Positions 18,857-29,449 of a stretch of 64,000 nucleotides of DNA are shown piece after piece. The DNA lies in assembly GCA_017744515.1 (NCBI GenBank), contig JAGIBF010000006.1:38395-102394 (forward strand). The letters are read 5' to 3'. Source of the stretch: Niastella sp. Its GTDB lineage: Bacteria; Bacteroidota; Bacteroidia; Chitinophagales; Chitinophagaceae. Every line of letters starts with the position of its first letter. The first letter of the stretch is position 1. Under the pieces are notes generated by a model. The model had not been told where the DNA came from. It did no database searches and saw nothing but the letters and a program-made list of their open reading frames with translations. The translations under genes and the position numbers were made by a program.

Positions 18857-21800
18857 ATGAGAAGACTTTTACTCCTCCTCTTACCGGTATTATGTCCGGT
18901 ATTATTGATGGCGCAAGCCGATTTCAGCACAGCGCTGCCCATTACCGCAGGATCTGAACAGACAGGAACAGTAAGTCCGGCGGGGCGATATGTGTATTAT
19001 AAGACTTTACTGCCAGCCGATGGCACTGTTACCATTTACCTTGAGGGCACCCATATGGGTGGCGCTAACGGTTCTTTTTCTTTTTATGCGTATGACAAAA
19101 GCGGCCGGCAGATCGGCTATGATGGGTCTGTTGGCAGCACTACGGCGAAGCAAGGTGATATCGTGCGCGACACGGTACGCATTACCTCCCGGGCTGCCGA
19201 TAGTGTTTACCTGCTGATCTATGAAGGCAGTAATCGTACTTACAATTTCAAGATAAAGTATGCAGTATTGGACCAAAGCGCCAATGATCCTGAACCGAAC
19301 GGCCTCTTCAGCAATGCTACGCCGATGGACCATGACAGGAGCTATGCAGGGCATCTGGGATATGAAGCGGATAATGTAACAGACCGGTATGATTATTATA
19401 AAACGCTGCTGCCAGCAGATGGGACTATCAAGATTTACGCCGAGGGCATACATACCGGCGGTTACGCAGGTTCTTTTTCGTTGTATGTATATGATAAAGA
19501 TGGGCGGCAAATCGGCTACAAGGCCAATGTGGGCAACACATCTACTATCGAGGGTCAAACTGTACGCGATTCTCTCAGTGTATACTCGCGCAGCGTCGAC
19601 AGTATTTACATCCTCTTGTATCAAGGCAGCTCCCGGTCGTATAGTTATAAGGTAAGTTATACCGTCACCGACCGTAACCCCAATGATCCTGAGCCGAACA
19701 ATACGTTTGCGCAGGCTGGTTTCTTCAACATGGGAGAAATCATGCAAGGCCAGCTTGGACAGGAAGCCAACAATGTCACCGACCGGTACGATTATTACAA
19801 GACCAGCCTGCAGGCCGATGGTACACTGGTCGTATATCTTGAAGGTGTGCACACCGGCGGATATGATGGCTCCTTTTCTTTTTATGCTTATGACAAAAGT
19901 CAGCGACAGATCGGCTACCTCGCTGCTGTAGGAAGTACCACTGCCAAGCCGGGTGATATTGTACGCGATACTGTTCGTATTACTTCGTTGCAAGCAGACA
20001 CCATTTATCTGCTGGTGTACCAAGGCAGCTCCCGCTCCTATAGTTACAAGATGAGTTATGAAATAGCCGATCAAAGCACCAATGATCCAGAGCCGAACAA
20101 TACGATGGCGCAGGCCGTACCGCTCAAAGAGCAGGAAACGGTTGCCGGTCATTTGGGATATGAAGCGGATAATGTAACCGACCGTTACGATTATTACAAG
20201 ACCGCGTTGCCTGCGGATGGCACTATTACTGTATTCCTCGAAGGCGTTCATACTGGCCGTGCTGCAGGCTCTTTTTCATTTTATGCGCTCGATAAAAGCG
20301 GGCGGCAGATCGGCTACCTCGCCAATGTGGGCAGCACCTCTACTCAATACGGGGCAACTGTACGTGATACCGTGCGCATCACCTCCCGGCAGGCTGATAC
20401 CGTATACCTATATCTGTATCAGGGAAGTTCGCGCTCTTACAGTTACAAGATGCGGTATGAAATGACCGACAAGAGTGCCAATGATCCGGAGCCCAATAAT
20501 GTGCGTGCCGATGCTACTCCTATCAGCTATAATAACACGGTGGAGGGGCATCTTGGGTATGAGGCGGATAATGTAACCGACCGGTATGATTATTACAAAG
20601 CCGTGATGCCGGCCGATGGTACCGTTACCGTATATCTTGAAGGAGTACATACCGGTGGCGCTAATGGTTCTTTTTCTTTCTATGCGTATGATAAAAGTGG
20701 ACGCCAGATCGGTTACCTCGCCAACGCAGGCAGCAATACTGCCAAACAAGGGGAAACTGTACGTGATACCGTACGCATCACTTCCCGCCAGGCTGACACC
20801 ATCTACCTATCCGTGTACCAAGGCAGTACACGCTCTTACAGTTACAAGATGCGGTATGAAGTACTGGACCAAAGCGCCAACGATCGGGAGCCCAATGGGG
20901 AGTTTGAACAGGCACAGGCATTGGATCATCATACCATAGTGAGCGGCCACCTCGGTTATGAAGCTGATAACGTAACTGATCGTTACGATTATTATAAGAC
21001 CTTGTTGCCTGCCGATGGCACCGTTACCGTATACCTCGAAGGAGTACATACAGGTGGCGCCAATGGTTCTTTTTCTTTCTATGCTTATGACAAGAGCAGG
21101 CGGCAGATCAGTTACCTCGCAGCTGTTGGCAGTAACACTGCCAGGCAAGGTGATATCGTGCGCGACACCGTGCTGATACCATCACGCGCTGCTGACAGTC
21201 TTTACCTGCTCGTGTACCAGGGCAGCTCCCGGTCTTATAGTTATAAGTTACGTTATGAAATGCCGGGGGCGCTTACAGGCGACAAAGAACCAAATAATAC
21301 TTTTGAAGAAGCATTGCCGATCAAGCACAGCGATACCGCCAAAGGATTATTGGGATACACCAGCGCTGCCGGTGTAGACCGTTATGATTATTATAAAATG
21401 GCCGTGCCCGCTAAAAGCTCCGTGAAAGTATACATCGAGGGCGTGCATACGGGCGGCTCAGATGGTTCTTTTGGATTATGGGCCTATGACAGGAACCGCC
21501 GTCAACTAACTGCTAAAAGTGCTGTTGGTGCGTCGGTAGCCGCAGGAGGCATTGTGCGCGACACCATCGAAGTGAATTGTAACAGCACCGACAGTCTTTA
21601 CATAAGCCTGTACCAGGGCAGCAGCCGGTCATTTACTTATAGTGTGCGCTTCGAAGTATACGACAACCGGCCCATCGCAGCGTTCAGTTATACGAGAACG
21701 GGTAACGAGTTTGGCTTCATGAATGAAAGCAGGAACAGCAGCAAGCTGCTGTGGAAGTTCAACAACCAGACCAGCACGGTGACGCATCCTTTGCAGCAAC

Positions 21801-24457
21801 TGAAGCCCGGTTTTTATGATATACAACTGATCGCCACGAATGCTACCTGCAACTTCAGCGATACGGCGAAAAAGTCGCTTACTATTTCCGGTATCGAGTC
21901 TTTCACTCCAACAGAAAGCGGTGCGGGCGGCGACCTCAGCATGACTATCTTCGGCGGCGGACTGGATGGCAATACCACTGTGACCCTGAAGAATGGCAGT
22001 GAAACGTTGAACACCATCGAGAAATATACCAACCCCAAGGGCAACCAATTGGGTATTGTATTCGATCTGCATTTCGCCAAACCTGGTGATTATGATCTTG
22101 AAGTCAAGTTTCCCAATGAACCCGCTATCGTGTATACCAAAGCGTTTAAGATCAGCGCCATGATCTATCCCGAAACCTGGTCGGAAGTAACAGGCCCTGG
22201 CATTTTCAGGACCGGCCGCACCAGCAACTTCAACCTCGTGGTAGGCAACCGGGGCAATACCGTGGCCCGTGGCGTGATTGTAGCCATGATATGGCCTAAA
22301 TCGGCGCAGATAGAATGGCTCGGTAAAGAATACCGTCCCGACCCTAATGGCTTTGCATCCGTAACGCTGGATGATGGCGAAGTAGTGAAAACGCCCAACA
22401 GCAAGCTGAGCTGGGTATACGATATCAACACCACTACTCCTATCGATACTTTCCTGCTGGAGCCTTATAATGGTTATGTACGTTACTTCACGGTACCGGT
22501 TGTTCCACCCGGCTCTACTATTGAACTGCCCTTCCGTATGAAATCGGACAGCTCCGCCCACCATAAGTTCTATACTTATACGGTAAAGCCCAACCAGTTT
22601 GGTTCCTGCGAAACGTTTAACATACAAACGGTGTTCACCAGTCCGCAGGCAGTAGAACTTGCGATCAATACGCTCGATATCGCCGTCGATGAACTGAAAG
22701 TGCCTCCTGCAACGAAGATACCTGCTCAGGTGGCCGTGAAGACGCTGAAGGTGACGCAAAAGCATATCGATGTGGGCAGCAAAGTAGCAGCGCACCGGTT
22801 CTGGGCCTGGTGGTATGGCGCCGACGATCTTACTGAAAGTGAATATAGCGACTATTATAAGCAGGGCCTGGAAGCTGATGAATTTGCGCAGCAGCAGTTG
22901 ATGGATATTGCCTTCGACAAAGCCATCGACTTCGGCACCGGTCCGTTGCTCAAAAAGAGAGCGGATGCGCTGACCGACAAGATACATGGCAGCAACCAGG
23001 CTGCGCTGAACCATAAGGCCAAGTTCGATGAACTATCGGTGAGACCCAAAAAATACCAAAGTAGGTCGCAGCGGCAAAACCGCATTCGTATGAAAGATGA
23101 AGAGGCCCGTCTATGGCAGAAAGCTTTTGAGAGCGGCGAAATGAATATCAATGACCTGCGCAAACTGGAGTTCCTCGAGGCTGGCCTGCAAGGAGCCAAG
23201 CACCTTAAGAACGGCGTGGGCGAAATTGAGCTGCTCATCAAGTACATCGAGGAGAACTGCCCTGAGCACAAGGAGCAGGCAGATAAGCTGAGAGAGCTAC
23301 TGGACAAGGAAGAAGACATTACCGATCCCCGCGAGAAAGATTCAGAAACGCGTACTTCTTATGACCCTAATGCGATCTATGGCCCCAATGGTTTTAAGGC
23401 AGCGCGCTATATCAACTCAAGCGACAGGCAGCCATTCCTGATCACTTTCGAGAATGTGGATACTGCCAAAGCTGATGCCCAGATCGTGCGGATCATCGAT
23501 ACCATCGATCGTACTAAGTTTGATCTGTCGTCCTTTGAGTTTGGCTCCGTAACAGTCGGCAAGCATCAGTTCAGGGTACCGAAGGGGCGGAAACAGTTCA
23601 TGATTGAAAAAAGCCTGTTGCCTCATATCAACATGAAGGTGCGTATCAATGCATCGCTGGACACAACAACAGGTATCGTGTTCTGGCTGTTTACGGCCAT
23701 CGATCCGCAAACCGGCGACCTGCCCGACTTCGATGGCTTCCTGCCTCCGAATACAGATGCTCCTTCCGGTGAGGGCAGCGTGTCCTACACCATCGCCCCG
23801 AAAAAGGGCCTTACGGATGGTACACAGCTTCGCTCCCGCGCTTCCATCGTGTTCGACACCAACGAACCTATTCTTACCAATACGTGGCAGAACACCATCG
23901 ACGCAGTGAAACCTGTAGGTCATATCAGCGCCAAGATATATGAGGACACCCTGATCGTGTTGGAGTACAGTGCTTACGATGCCGGATCGGGCGTGGATTA
24001 CTATAATGTGTATGTATCTACTGATAATGGTCCATGGGCCAATGTGCCGGGTGGTAATGCAACCAGGGTAATGTTGCAAGGTGAAGCCGGTAAAGTTTAT
24101 CGCTTTTATGTGGAAGCGCAAGACAAGGCAGGTAACCGGGATAGGAAGAATGCTCTTGGTGAAGCAGTCGTGAAATTGCCGGAAGGCGCAGGCAGGCAGC
24201 CCGGCTCGCTTACCATCTATCCCGTGCCCACCAGCGGCCTGGTAAATATGGAATTGCTGGTAGAACAGGAACAACAGGTGTCTATCACTGTTTACTCGGT
24301 TGCCGGTCAGCAAATGGGTATGCTGTATAATGGCAAAGCCAATGGATTGCTGAAAGTGAGCAAACAACTGGCGCACCTGCCCAACGGCCTCTACTTCGTA
24401 ACGGCTAAAGGCAGCCAAGGCTTGAAAGTGACGAAAAAACTTGTGATCGCGAGATAA
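18857..24457 (+). CDS. Large T9SS-secreted repeat protein (7 PPC-like beta repeats, Ig/PKD-like domains, helical insert, DPN-type domain, Fn3-like domain, type A CTD)
   Basis: Signal peptide; 7 copies of YYK..P.DG..Y.EG.HTGG..GSF; C-terminal IYPVPT...LPNGLYFV..KKLVIAR. Confidence 0.9.
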   Translation: MRRLLLLLLPVLCPVLLMAQADFSTALPITAGSEQTGTVSPAGRYVYYKTLLPADGTVTIYLEGTHMGGANGSFSFYAYDKSGRQIGYDGSVGSTTAKQGDIVRDTVRITSRAADSVYLLIYEGSNRTYNFKIKYAVLDQSANDPEPNGLFSNATPMDHDRSYAGHLGYEADNVTDRYDYYKTLLPADGTIKIYAEGIHTGGYAGSFSLYVYDKDGRQIGYKANVGNTSTIEGQTVRDSLSVYSRSVDSIYILLYQGSSRSYSYKVSYTVTDRNPNDPEPNNTFAQAGFFNMGEIMQGQLGQEANNVTDRYDYYKTSLQADGTLVVYLEGVHTGGYDGSFSFYAYDKSQRQIGYLAAVGSTTAKPGDIVRDTVRITSLQADTIYLLVYQGSSRSYSYKMSYEIADQSTNDPEPNNTMAQAVPLKEQETVAGHLGYEADNVTDRYDYYKTALPADGTITVFLEGVHTGRAAGSFSFYALDKSGRQIGYLANVGSTSTQYGATVRDTVRITSRQADTVYLYLYQGSSRSYSYKMRYEMTDKSANDPEPNNVRADATPISYNNTVEGHLGYEADNVTDRYDYYKAVMPADGTVTVYLEGVHTGGANGSFSFYAYDKSGRQIGYLANAGSNTAKQGETVRDTVRITSRQADTIYLSVYQGSTRSYSYKMRYEVLDQSANDREPNGEFEQAQALDHHTIVSGHLGYEADNVTDRYDYYKTLLPADGTVTVYLEGVHTGGANGSFSFYAYDKSRRQISYLAAVGSNTARQGDIVRDTVLIPSRAADSLYLLVYQGSSRSYSYKLRYEMPGALTGDKEPNNTFEEALPIKHSDTAKGLLGYTSAAGVDRYDYYKMAVPAKSSVKVYIEGVHTGGSDGSFGLWAYDRNRRQLTAKSAVGASVAAGGIVRDTIEVNCNSTDSLYISLYQGSSRSFTYSVRFEVYDNRPIAAFSYTRTGNEFGFMNESRNSSKLLWKFNNQTSTVTHPLQQLKPGFYDIQLIATNATCNFSDTAKKSLTISGIESFTPTESGAGGDLSMTIFGGGLDGNTTVTLKNGSETLNTIEKYTNPKGNQLGIVFDLHFAKPGDYDLEVKFPNEPAIVYTKAFKISAMIYPETWSEVTGPGIFRTGRTSNFNLVVGNRGNTVARGVIVAMIWPKSAQIEWLGKEYRPDPNGFASVTLDDGEVVKTPNSKLSWVYDINTTTPIDTFLLEPYNGYVRYFTVPVVPPGSTIELPFRMKSDSSAHHKFYTYTVKPNQFGSCETFNIQTVFTSPQAVELAINTLDIAVDELKVPPATKIPAQVAVKTLKVTQKHIDVGSKVAAHRFWAWWYGADDLTESEYSDYYKQGLEADEFAQQQLMDIAFDKAIDFGTGPLLKKRADALTDKIHGSNQAALNHKAKFDELSVRPKKYQSRSQRQNRIRMKDEEARLWQKAFESGEMNINDLRKLEFLEAGLQGAKHLKNGVGEIELLIKYIEENCPEHKEQADKLRELLDKEEDITDPREKDSETRTSYDPNAIYGPNGFKAARYINSSDRQPFLITFENVDTAKADAQIVRIIDTIDRTKFDLSSFEFGSVTVGKHQFRVPKGRKQFMIEKSLLPHINMKVRINASLDTTTGIVFWLFTAIDPQTGDLPDFDGFLPPNTDAPSGEGSVSYTIAPKKGLTDGTQLRSRASIVFDTNEPILTNTWQNTIDAVKPVGHISAKIYEDTLIVLEYSAYDAGSGVDYYNVYVSTDNGPWANVPGGNATRVMLQGEAGKVYRFYVEAQDKAGNRDRKNALGEAVVKLPEGAGRQPGSLTIYPVPTSGLVNMELLVEQEQQVSITVYSVAGQQMGMLYNGKANGLLKVSKQLAHLPNGLYFVTAKGSQGLKVTKKLVIAR
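18920..21670 (+). repeat. Seven intragenic tandem repeats with an exact 399-bp (133-aa) period
   Basis: The Asp codon of DRY starts at 19382, 19781, 20180, 20579, 20978 and 21377, plus a more divergent first copy. Confidence 0.95.
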
Positions 24458-24547
24458 ACCCGGGTTTTATATACCTGGACGTGTAACCCCTATGGACGAA
24501 CCGGCTGTTTCATTCTCTGCATAATAAACACGGCTGGTTTTTCAAAC

Positions 24548-24578
24548 AGGCGCCTCCTTTACCGGGGGCGCCTTTTGT
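24548..24578 (+). terminator. Intrinsic terminator
   Basis: AGGCGCCTCC-TTTACC-GGGGCGCCT hairpin followed by TTTGTT. Confidence 0.7.
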
Positions 24579-24729
24579 TCTTGACCTGATCCGGCCGCTT
24601 TTTATAAGTACCCACTTATCGATGGTCATTTTTTTTTAGAATTATGTTTTTGAATGGCTACACTAAAGCCTCACGCTCACGCTTTACCGGAAAATCTTTA
24701 TCTTTCGAAAAAAAGCCGGTCAAACAAGT

Positions 24730-27135
24730 ATGAAACGATTACTCCTTTCCGTAATCTTCCTCATGGCATCGCTGTATACCTTTTCCCGGCAGGAAAAAAA
24801 AGACATCGCTTCGCTGCAATCAGCTTTACAAAACACCACTGAAAACTCCGAAAAAACGGCTTTACTGACAGAAATATCCCTGTTCTATTATTTTGCCGAC
24901 AGCCTCGACAAAAGTATTGCGCACGCAAAAGAGCTTCTTGCGCTTGGCAATTCTACCGGATCAAAACAAGCTACAGACGCGGGAAACATTATTTTGGGTA
25001 TATGCTATGGATGGCAAAATAAAATTTCCTTGTCAGAGCATTATCTGCAACCATATAGAGATATAACCAGCGTACAACGGGACACACCTGTATATAGGGC
25101 CATGTTTGGCTGGTATGGCAGTTTCTACAGTAGTTTCAAAAAGGACTATGATAAAGCGATCAGTTATGCATTCAAGGTACTCGCCTTGCAGCAACCGGCG
25201 GAATCCAATAAGACTGCCAATACCTATGCTTTTCTTGGAGATAACTATTATTTAAAAGGCGATCTCTTGCCAGCCAGAAAGTACTGGAAAAAGGCAGAAC
25301 CTTTTATGCATACCAACTCATTACTTATATTAAACATCGGCAAGACTTTCAACTGGAAGGGGCCGGAGGGTGATTCAGTGTTGTTTTATGCAAACAAGGC
25401 GCTTGAACTTACGCGCAAGGATGGCAACAAGAAAGTAGAAGCGGATTGTCATTTTTACATCGGCAGTGTTTATTTAGGCCGACGGGATACACGGGAGGCC
25501 GAATCTCATTTAATGTCTTCTTTGTCACTTTTCCGGATGGTTGGCGACACTTATATGACGGGCCTGCTTTTAAACAATATCGGTGAAGCTCATTTGTTAA
25601 GGGCCGATTACCCAAAGGCATTCGAGTTCTTTGATGAATCGCTGAAGATCGGCGAACGATTGCAACACAAGGAGCTTATGCTGGTCAATTATAATGATAT
25701 GGCCGTTTCCCTCAAGTCGAACCAGGATTATCAACGGGCGCTCAGTTGCTTATCCAAAGCATTGGCAATCATGGGAGATTCCGATCCTTTAAAGATCAGA
25801 GGGGATATCGAGGGGAATATCGGCTGTGTTTATCTTTGCCTTAACGATACCATAAATGCGAAGAGGCATTTTAACAATGCCCTGAGTAATTCGGGTCATA
25901 AAGGAAATGTTCAGTATCTCGGTCCATTGATCAACAACCTCAGCAGCATCTATTTACTACAGGGCGCTTACAAGCGATCTATGGAGCTTGTTCATGATGC
26001 GCTTACTGCAGCCCGGAAAGGTTTGGACAGCAGTACGATCGCTTTAAGTTATACGCGGCTGGGAAAGATCTATCTCGAAATGTCGAAAGACTCCAACATC
26101 ACCAACAGGCCGGATTCGCTCCGGAACCTACCGGTTGCGCTGCTGCAACAGCGGGCAGCGGTCTACCTCGACAAGGCTGCCAACTTTTACCAGAAAAAAG
26201 AGAGCTACGAGCCGCTGCACGAAAGCTTCCGGTTGCTGGCTGAAGCGCAGGATTCTTCCGGAGACTATAAAACGGCACTCGTCAATTACCAGCGTTATAT
26301 AAGCGCGCGTGACTCGGCCATCAATCTTGAAAAGATAAAAGAATTCGCTGAGCTTAAAAGCCGGCTTGAAATCGAGAAAAACGAATCGCTGGCCAAAGCC
26401 CGGCTTCAATCGTGGCTCATTACCGGCGGGGTGGTGCTCGTGGCCATTGTTTTTATCTTTTCCTTATACAGAAGGAAAGAGAAAAGCCGGTTCAACCTGG
26501 AACTGAGCGCACTGAAACAGGAGGCATTGAATGCACAGATGAGCGACCATTTCATAGGTAATACTATGGATTCGATCAATGCTTTTATTTTGCAAAACGA
26601 TCAGGAACAAGCCAGTAAATACCTGATCATGTTCAGCCGTTTGATCAGGAAAGTGCTTGAGAATTCGTCGCAAAGACTGATCCCCCTGAATGAGGATATC
26701 GAAGTGCTGACCTCCTACCTGGAACTGGAAAAACTCAGGTTTCACAACGGGTTTAGTTATTCGATCATCATAGATCAATCCATCGACCCCGATCATACGC
26801 TTGTGCCGCCAATGGTATTACAGGTATTGGCCGAAAACAGCATCAAGCATGGCCTCGCAAAACGTGATTATGGACAGCTCTCTATAAAGATCGACAGCAA
26901 AGGCGATACTATCGTATGCCAGGTTGCCGACAATGGTACCGGCAGGCAACTAACCACCGATGCTACCGGTAAAGGCAGGAAGTCGATCGGCAGCGGCCTT
27001 GCTCAAAGATTGCTGCAAGCCAGCAACAGGAATAAGGGGCTGGTTTCGTTTGGGATCAAGGACATGGTTGACAGCAACAATCACCCTACGGGAACTTCCG
27101 TTGAATTTACTTTACCTCATATTTCTATCGAATAG
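24730..27135 (+). CDS. TPR-sensor histidine kinase (LytS/YehU-type)
   Basis: Signal peptide, TPRs, one TM, H-box AQMSDHF, YLELEKLRF, ENSIKHG, DNGTG. Confidence 0.9.
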   Translation: MKRLLLSVIFLMASLYTFSRQEKKDIASLQSALQNTTENSEKTALLTEISLFYYFADSLDKSIAHAKELLALGNSTGSKQATDAGNIILGICYGWQNKISLSEHYLQPYRDITSVQRDTPVYRAMFGWYGSFYSSFKKDYDKAISYAFKVLALQQPAESNKTANTYAFLGDNYYLKGDLLPARKYWKKAEPFMHTNSLLILNIGKTFNWKGPEGDSVLFYANKALELTRKDGNKKVEADCHFYIGSVYLGRRDTREAESHLMSSLSLFRMVGDTYMTGLLLNNIGEAHLLRADYPKAFEFFDESLKIGERLQHKELMLVNYNDMAVSLKSNQDYQRALSCLSKALAIMGDSDPLKIRGDIEGNIGCVYLCLNDTINAKRHFNNALSNSGHKGNVQYLGPLINNLSSIYLLQGAYKRSMELVHDALTAARKGLDSSTIALSYTRLGKIYLEMSKDSNITNRPDSLRNLPVALLQQRAAVYLDKAANFYQKKESYEPLHESFRLLAEAQDSSGDYKTALVNYQRYISARDSAINLEKIKEFAELKSRLEIEKNESLAKARLQSWLITGGVVLVAIVFIFSLYRRKEKSRFNLELSALKQEALNAQMSDHFIGNTMDSINAFILQNDQEQASKYLIMFSRLIRKVLENSSQRLIPLNEDIEVLTSYLELEKLRFHNGFSYSIIIDQSIDPDHTLVPPMVLQVLAENSIKHGLAKRDYGQLSIKIDSKGDTIVCQVADNGTGRQLTTDATGKGRKSIGSGLAQRLLQASNRNKGLVSFGIKDMVDSNNHPTGTSVEFTLPHISIE

Positions 27136-27142
27136 ACACACG

Positions 27143-27904
27143 ATGACAACTACCGCAATCATTGTAGAAGACGACCCCATGCATGCGCACACACTGCAAC
27201 TGCTCATAGAAAAACTGGACAGTACTATTAAAATAGCCGGTGTTTATTCCACGGTGGAAGAATCGTCCCGGGCTATCGACCAGCACCAGCCGGGTCTTGT
27301 ATTTCTCGACATCGACCTGGAGCGGGGGGACAACGGTTTCGACTTGCTGAAAAGGTTTCCCAAGCCTGGCTTCTCAGTTATATTTACCACTCAGCATAAC
27401 AGTGCGGACAATGCTATTCTTGCCATCCGGGCCTGCGCGCTCGACTTTTTACCGAAACCTATCCTGGAGCAGGAACTTGCCGACGCGCTCGCCAGGGTCG
27501 ACAAAAATAAGGGGCCTGAACAAACCGGCTCTCTGAGGAATAACCTGGAGGCGGGAAAACCCGGGTATATATGGCTGTCTGACCTAAAGGGAAAAACGCT
27601 TATTGACGTTTCCAATATCAGGTACTGCGAATCCAGCAATTCATCATATACACATTTCTTCCTCGATGAACCGGTAAATGGCTTGTCGCAATACACGGAA
27701 TCGAAAGGTATTGGGATTTGGGAGAAAATATTGTCCGGCACTCACATCATCCGGACACATAACAAGTTTTTACTGAACCTGAAGCATATGGGTAAATATT
27801 GTCAGGACCATTTCCTGCTGCGTAACGGGACTAAAATTCCCATAGCCCGCGGCCGGAAACAGGAGGTAAAGGATGCCCTGGACCGCTTCCGCAAAGGGCT
27901 GTAA
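27143..27904 (+). CDS. LytTR-family response regulator
   Basis: IVEDD, LVFLDID, DFLPKP receiver motifs; RTHNKFLLN LytTR-like; start MTTTAII. Confidence 0.9.
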   Translation: MTTTAIIVEDDPMHAHTLQLLIEKLDSTIKIAGVYSTVEESSRAIDQHQPGLVFLDIDLERGDNGFDLLKRFPKPGFSVIFTTQHNSADNAILAIRACALDFLPKPILEQELADALARVDKNKGPEQTGSLRNNLEAGKPGYIWLSDLKGKTLIDVSNIRYCESSNSSYTHFFLDEPVNGLSQYTESKGIGIWEKILSGTHIIRTHNKFLLNLKHMGKYCQDHFLLRNGTKIPIARGRKQEVKDALDRFRKGL

Positions 27905-27979
27905 TACCAAATTCAAAGGAAAACATACTGAAATCAAGGCCGAATTGAACATGACATCGCCGGGTTCTACTTTGGTGTC

Positions 27980-28792
27980 ATGCTTGAGATCATCAACCAC
28001 ACGTTGTTCAAAAAAGACCATACTTACGCAAGGATGGTCGACAGGTATCTTCCCGAAACAGGGGCCGGCGTCAATATATATTCAGACCACCAGCGGCAGC
28101 TTATCCAGCAATTAAGGCCGCAGGTAAAGAAGGAATTTTTCTTTACCATCACCGATGTAAGAACAGGCAAGATCATATATAGTGAAGGGGTCGATAAATG
28201 GTTAGGGTTTGCCTCTTCTCATTTCAATCAAAAAACCTACCTCGGTTGCCTACATCCGGGCCACGCCGTCGTACAGAACTTCTTTAGTCTTTCTCTTTTC
28301 GACCTGTTGATCGGTAAAGAGATCACAGCCGGCCATCACTCGCCAGTATGTACAGGCACTATTGCCCTGAAGAATTCGAAAGGCAGCTTCCTCTATTGCA
28401 AAAAAACAAGTTACCCTTTCTTCATTACCAATGAGAGTTACGTAGGTGAATACCTGAGTGAATACATCATCATTAAAGGATATGCCGGAGAGGACTACAG
28501 CATGGTGCTGAACGATGATAAGGTCAGTTACAACGAGCGGATCTACAAAAGAGCAAGGCATCGGTTTGAAGAAAACTCAGGTTTCTCGACGCAGGAGCTA
28601 CGGATCATCAAGCGGTATGCCTACTCGAAAGACCCAACCAGCGAGCAGATCGCTCAGGCATTCAAAATCCAGAAGGGCACAGTAGACAAGTTCAATAAGC
28701 GGATCCTCAAAAAAACGGAACTGTTGTATAAAATGAGTTTTGCCAACGCAAAGGATACAGCGTTGTATTTCAGGAAAACAGGACTTATCTAA
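27980..28792 (+). CDS. PAS-like + LuxR-type HTH regulator
   Basis: Y..CLHP PAS-like motif; FSTQELRII..TSEQIAQAF.IQKGTVDKF HTH. Confidence 0.7.
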   Translation: MLEIINHTLFKKDHTYARMVDRYLPETGAGVNIYSDHQRQLIQQLRPQVKKEFFFTITDVRTGKIIYSEGVDKWLGFASSHFNQKTYLGCLHPGHAVVQNFFSLSLFDLLIGKEITAGHHSPVCTGTIALKNSKGSFLYCKKTSYPFFITNESYVGEYLSEYIIIKGYAGEDYSMVLNDDKVSYNERIYKRARHRFEENSGFSTQELRIIKRYAYSKDPTSEQIAQAFKIQKGTVDKFNKRILKKTELLYKMSFANAKDTALYFRKTGLI

Positions 28793-28898
28793 TGATCATG
28801 CAGCACTGCCGGCACTATTAATTCATAACCCAAGTACCTATGGTAGGTACAAAACGGGACAACCGGAACATCTATTTTTAAACCTTCAAGCAATAGCA

Positions 28899-29432
28899 AT
28901 GAAACAATCTGTCATTCTTTCTTTTCTGTTATCATGTATGTTCTTTTCATCAACAGGCCAGCAAACCGCATTTTCCAAATCCGACAAATTACTCAACCTC
29001 GGTATAGGGGTCAACTCCTATTACCAGGGGGGTATTCCGCTGGGCGCATCCTTCGAAGTGGGAGTTTCAGAAGACATCAGCGTGGGCGTGAGTATCGACT
29101 ATCTTTCTTACCGCTACCGTTTTTACGGGGATTACAGTTACAAGTTTACGGCGCTGTATGCCGGGGCAAGGGCTTCTTATCATTTCAATGAACTTCTGGA
29201 AATCGACAACGAAAAGATCGATGTTTATGGAGGTGGTACGCTTGGCCTGAGAAGCTTCCGCTGGAAAGACACCTACTCGGACGAAAGCCTCAGTGGCAGG
29301 TATGGGTCAGGCTTATACGTTGGCGCCTACGTGGGTGGGAAGTATTATTTCAATCCCAGGATCGGCGCCATGCTGGAAGCAGGAGCCATCGGCTCTACCA
29401 ATGTGCGGATAGGCGTTGGATTTAAATTTTAA
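28899..29432 (+). CDS. Outer-membrane beta-barrel protein
   Basis: Signal peptide MKQSVILS; Gly/Tyr-rich strands; terminal GVGFKF. Confidence 0.85.
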   Translation: MKQSVILSFLLSCMFFSSTGQQTAFSKSDKLLNLGIGVNSYYQGGIPLGASFEVGVSEDISVGVSIDYLSYRYRFYGDYSYKFTALYAGARASYHFNELLEIDNEKIDVYGGGTLGLRSFRWKDTYSDESLSGRYGSGLYVGAYVGGKYYFNPRIGAMLEAGAIGSTNVRIGVGFKF

Positions 29433-29449
29433 TCGAAAAGCAAACTCTT

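Noticed and set aside
18920-21670. 399-bp repeats as a possible CRISPR or DNA-level array
   Set aside because: In-frame protein repeats with synonymous divergence and no repeat-spacer structure
19007-24418. Long minus-strand ORFs (414, 461 and 333 aa) inside the T9SS gene
   Set aside because: Antisense frames of a strongly codon-biased gene; no recognisable motifs or initiation context
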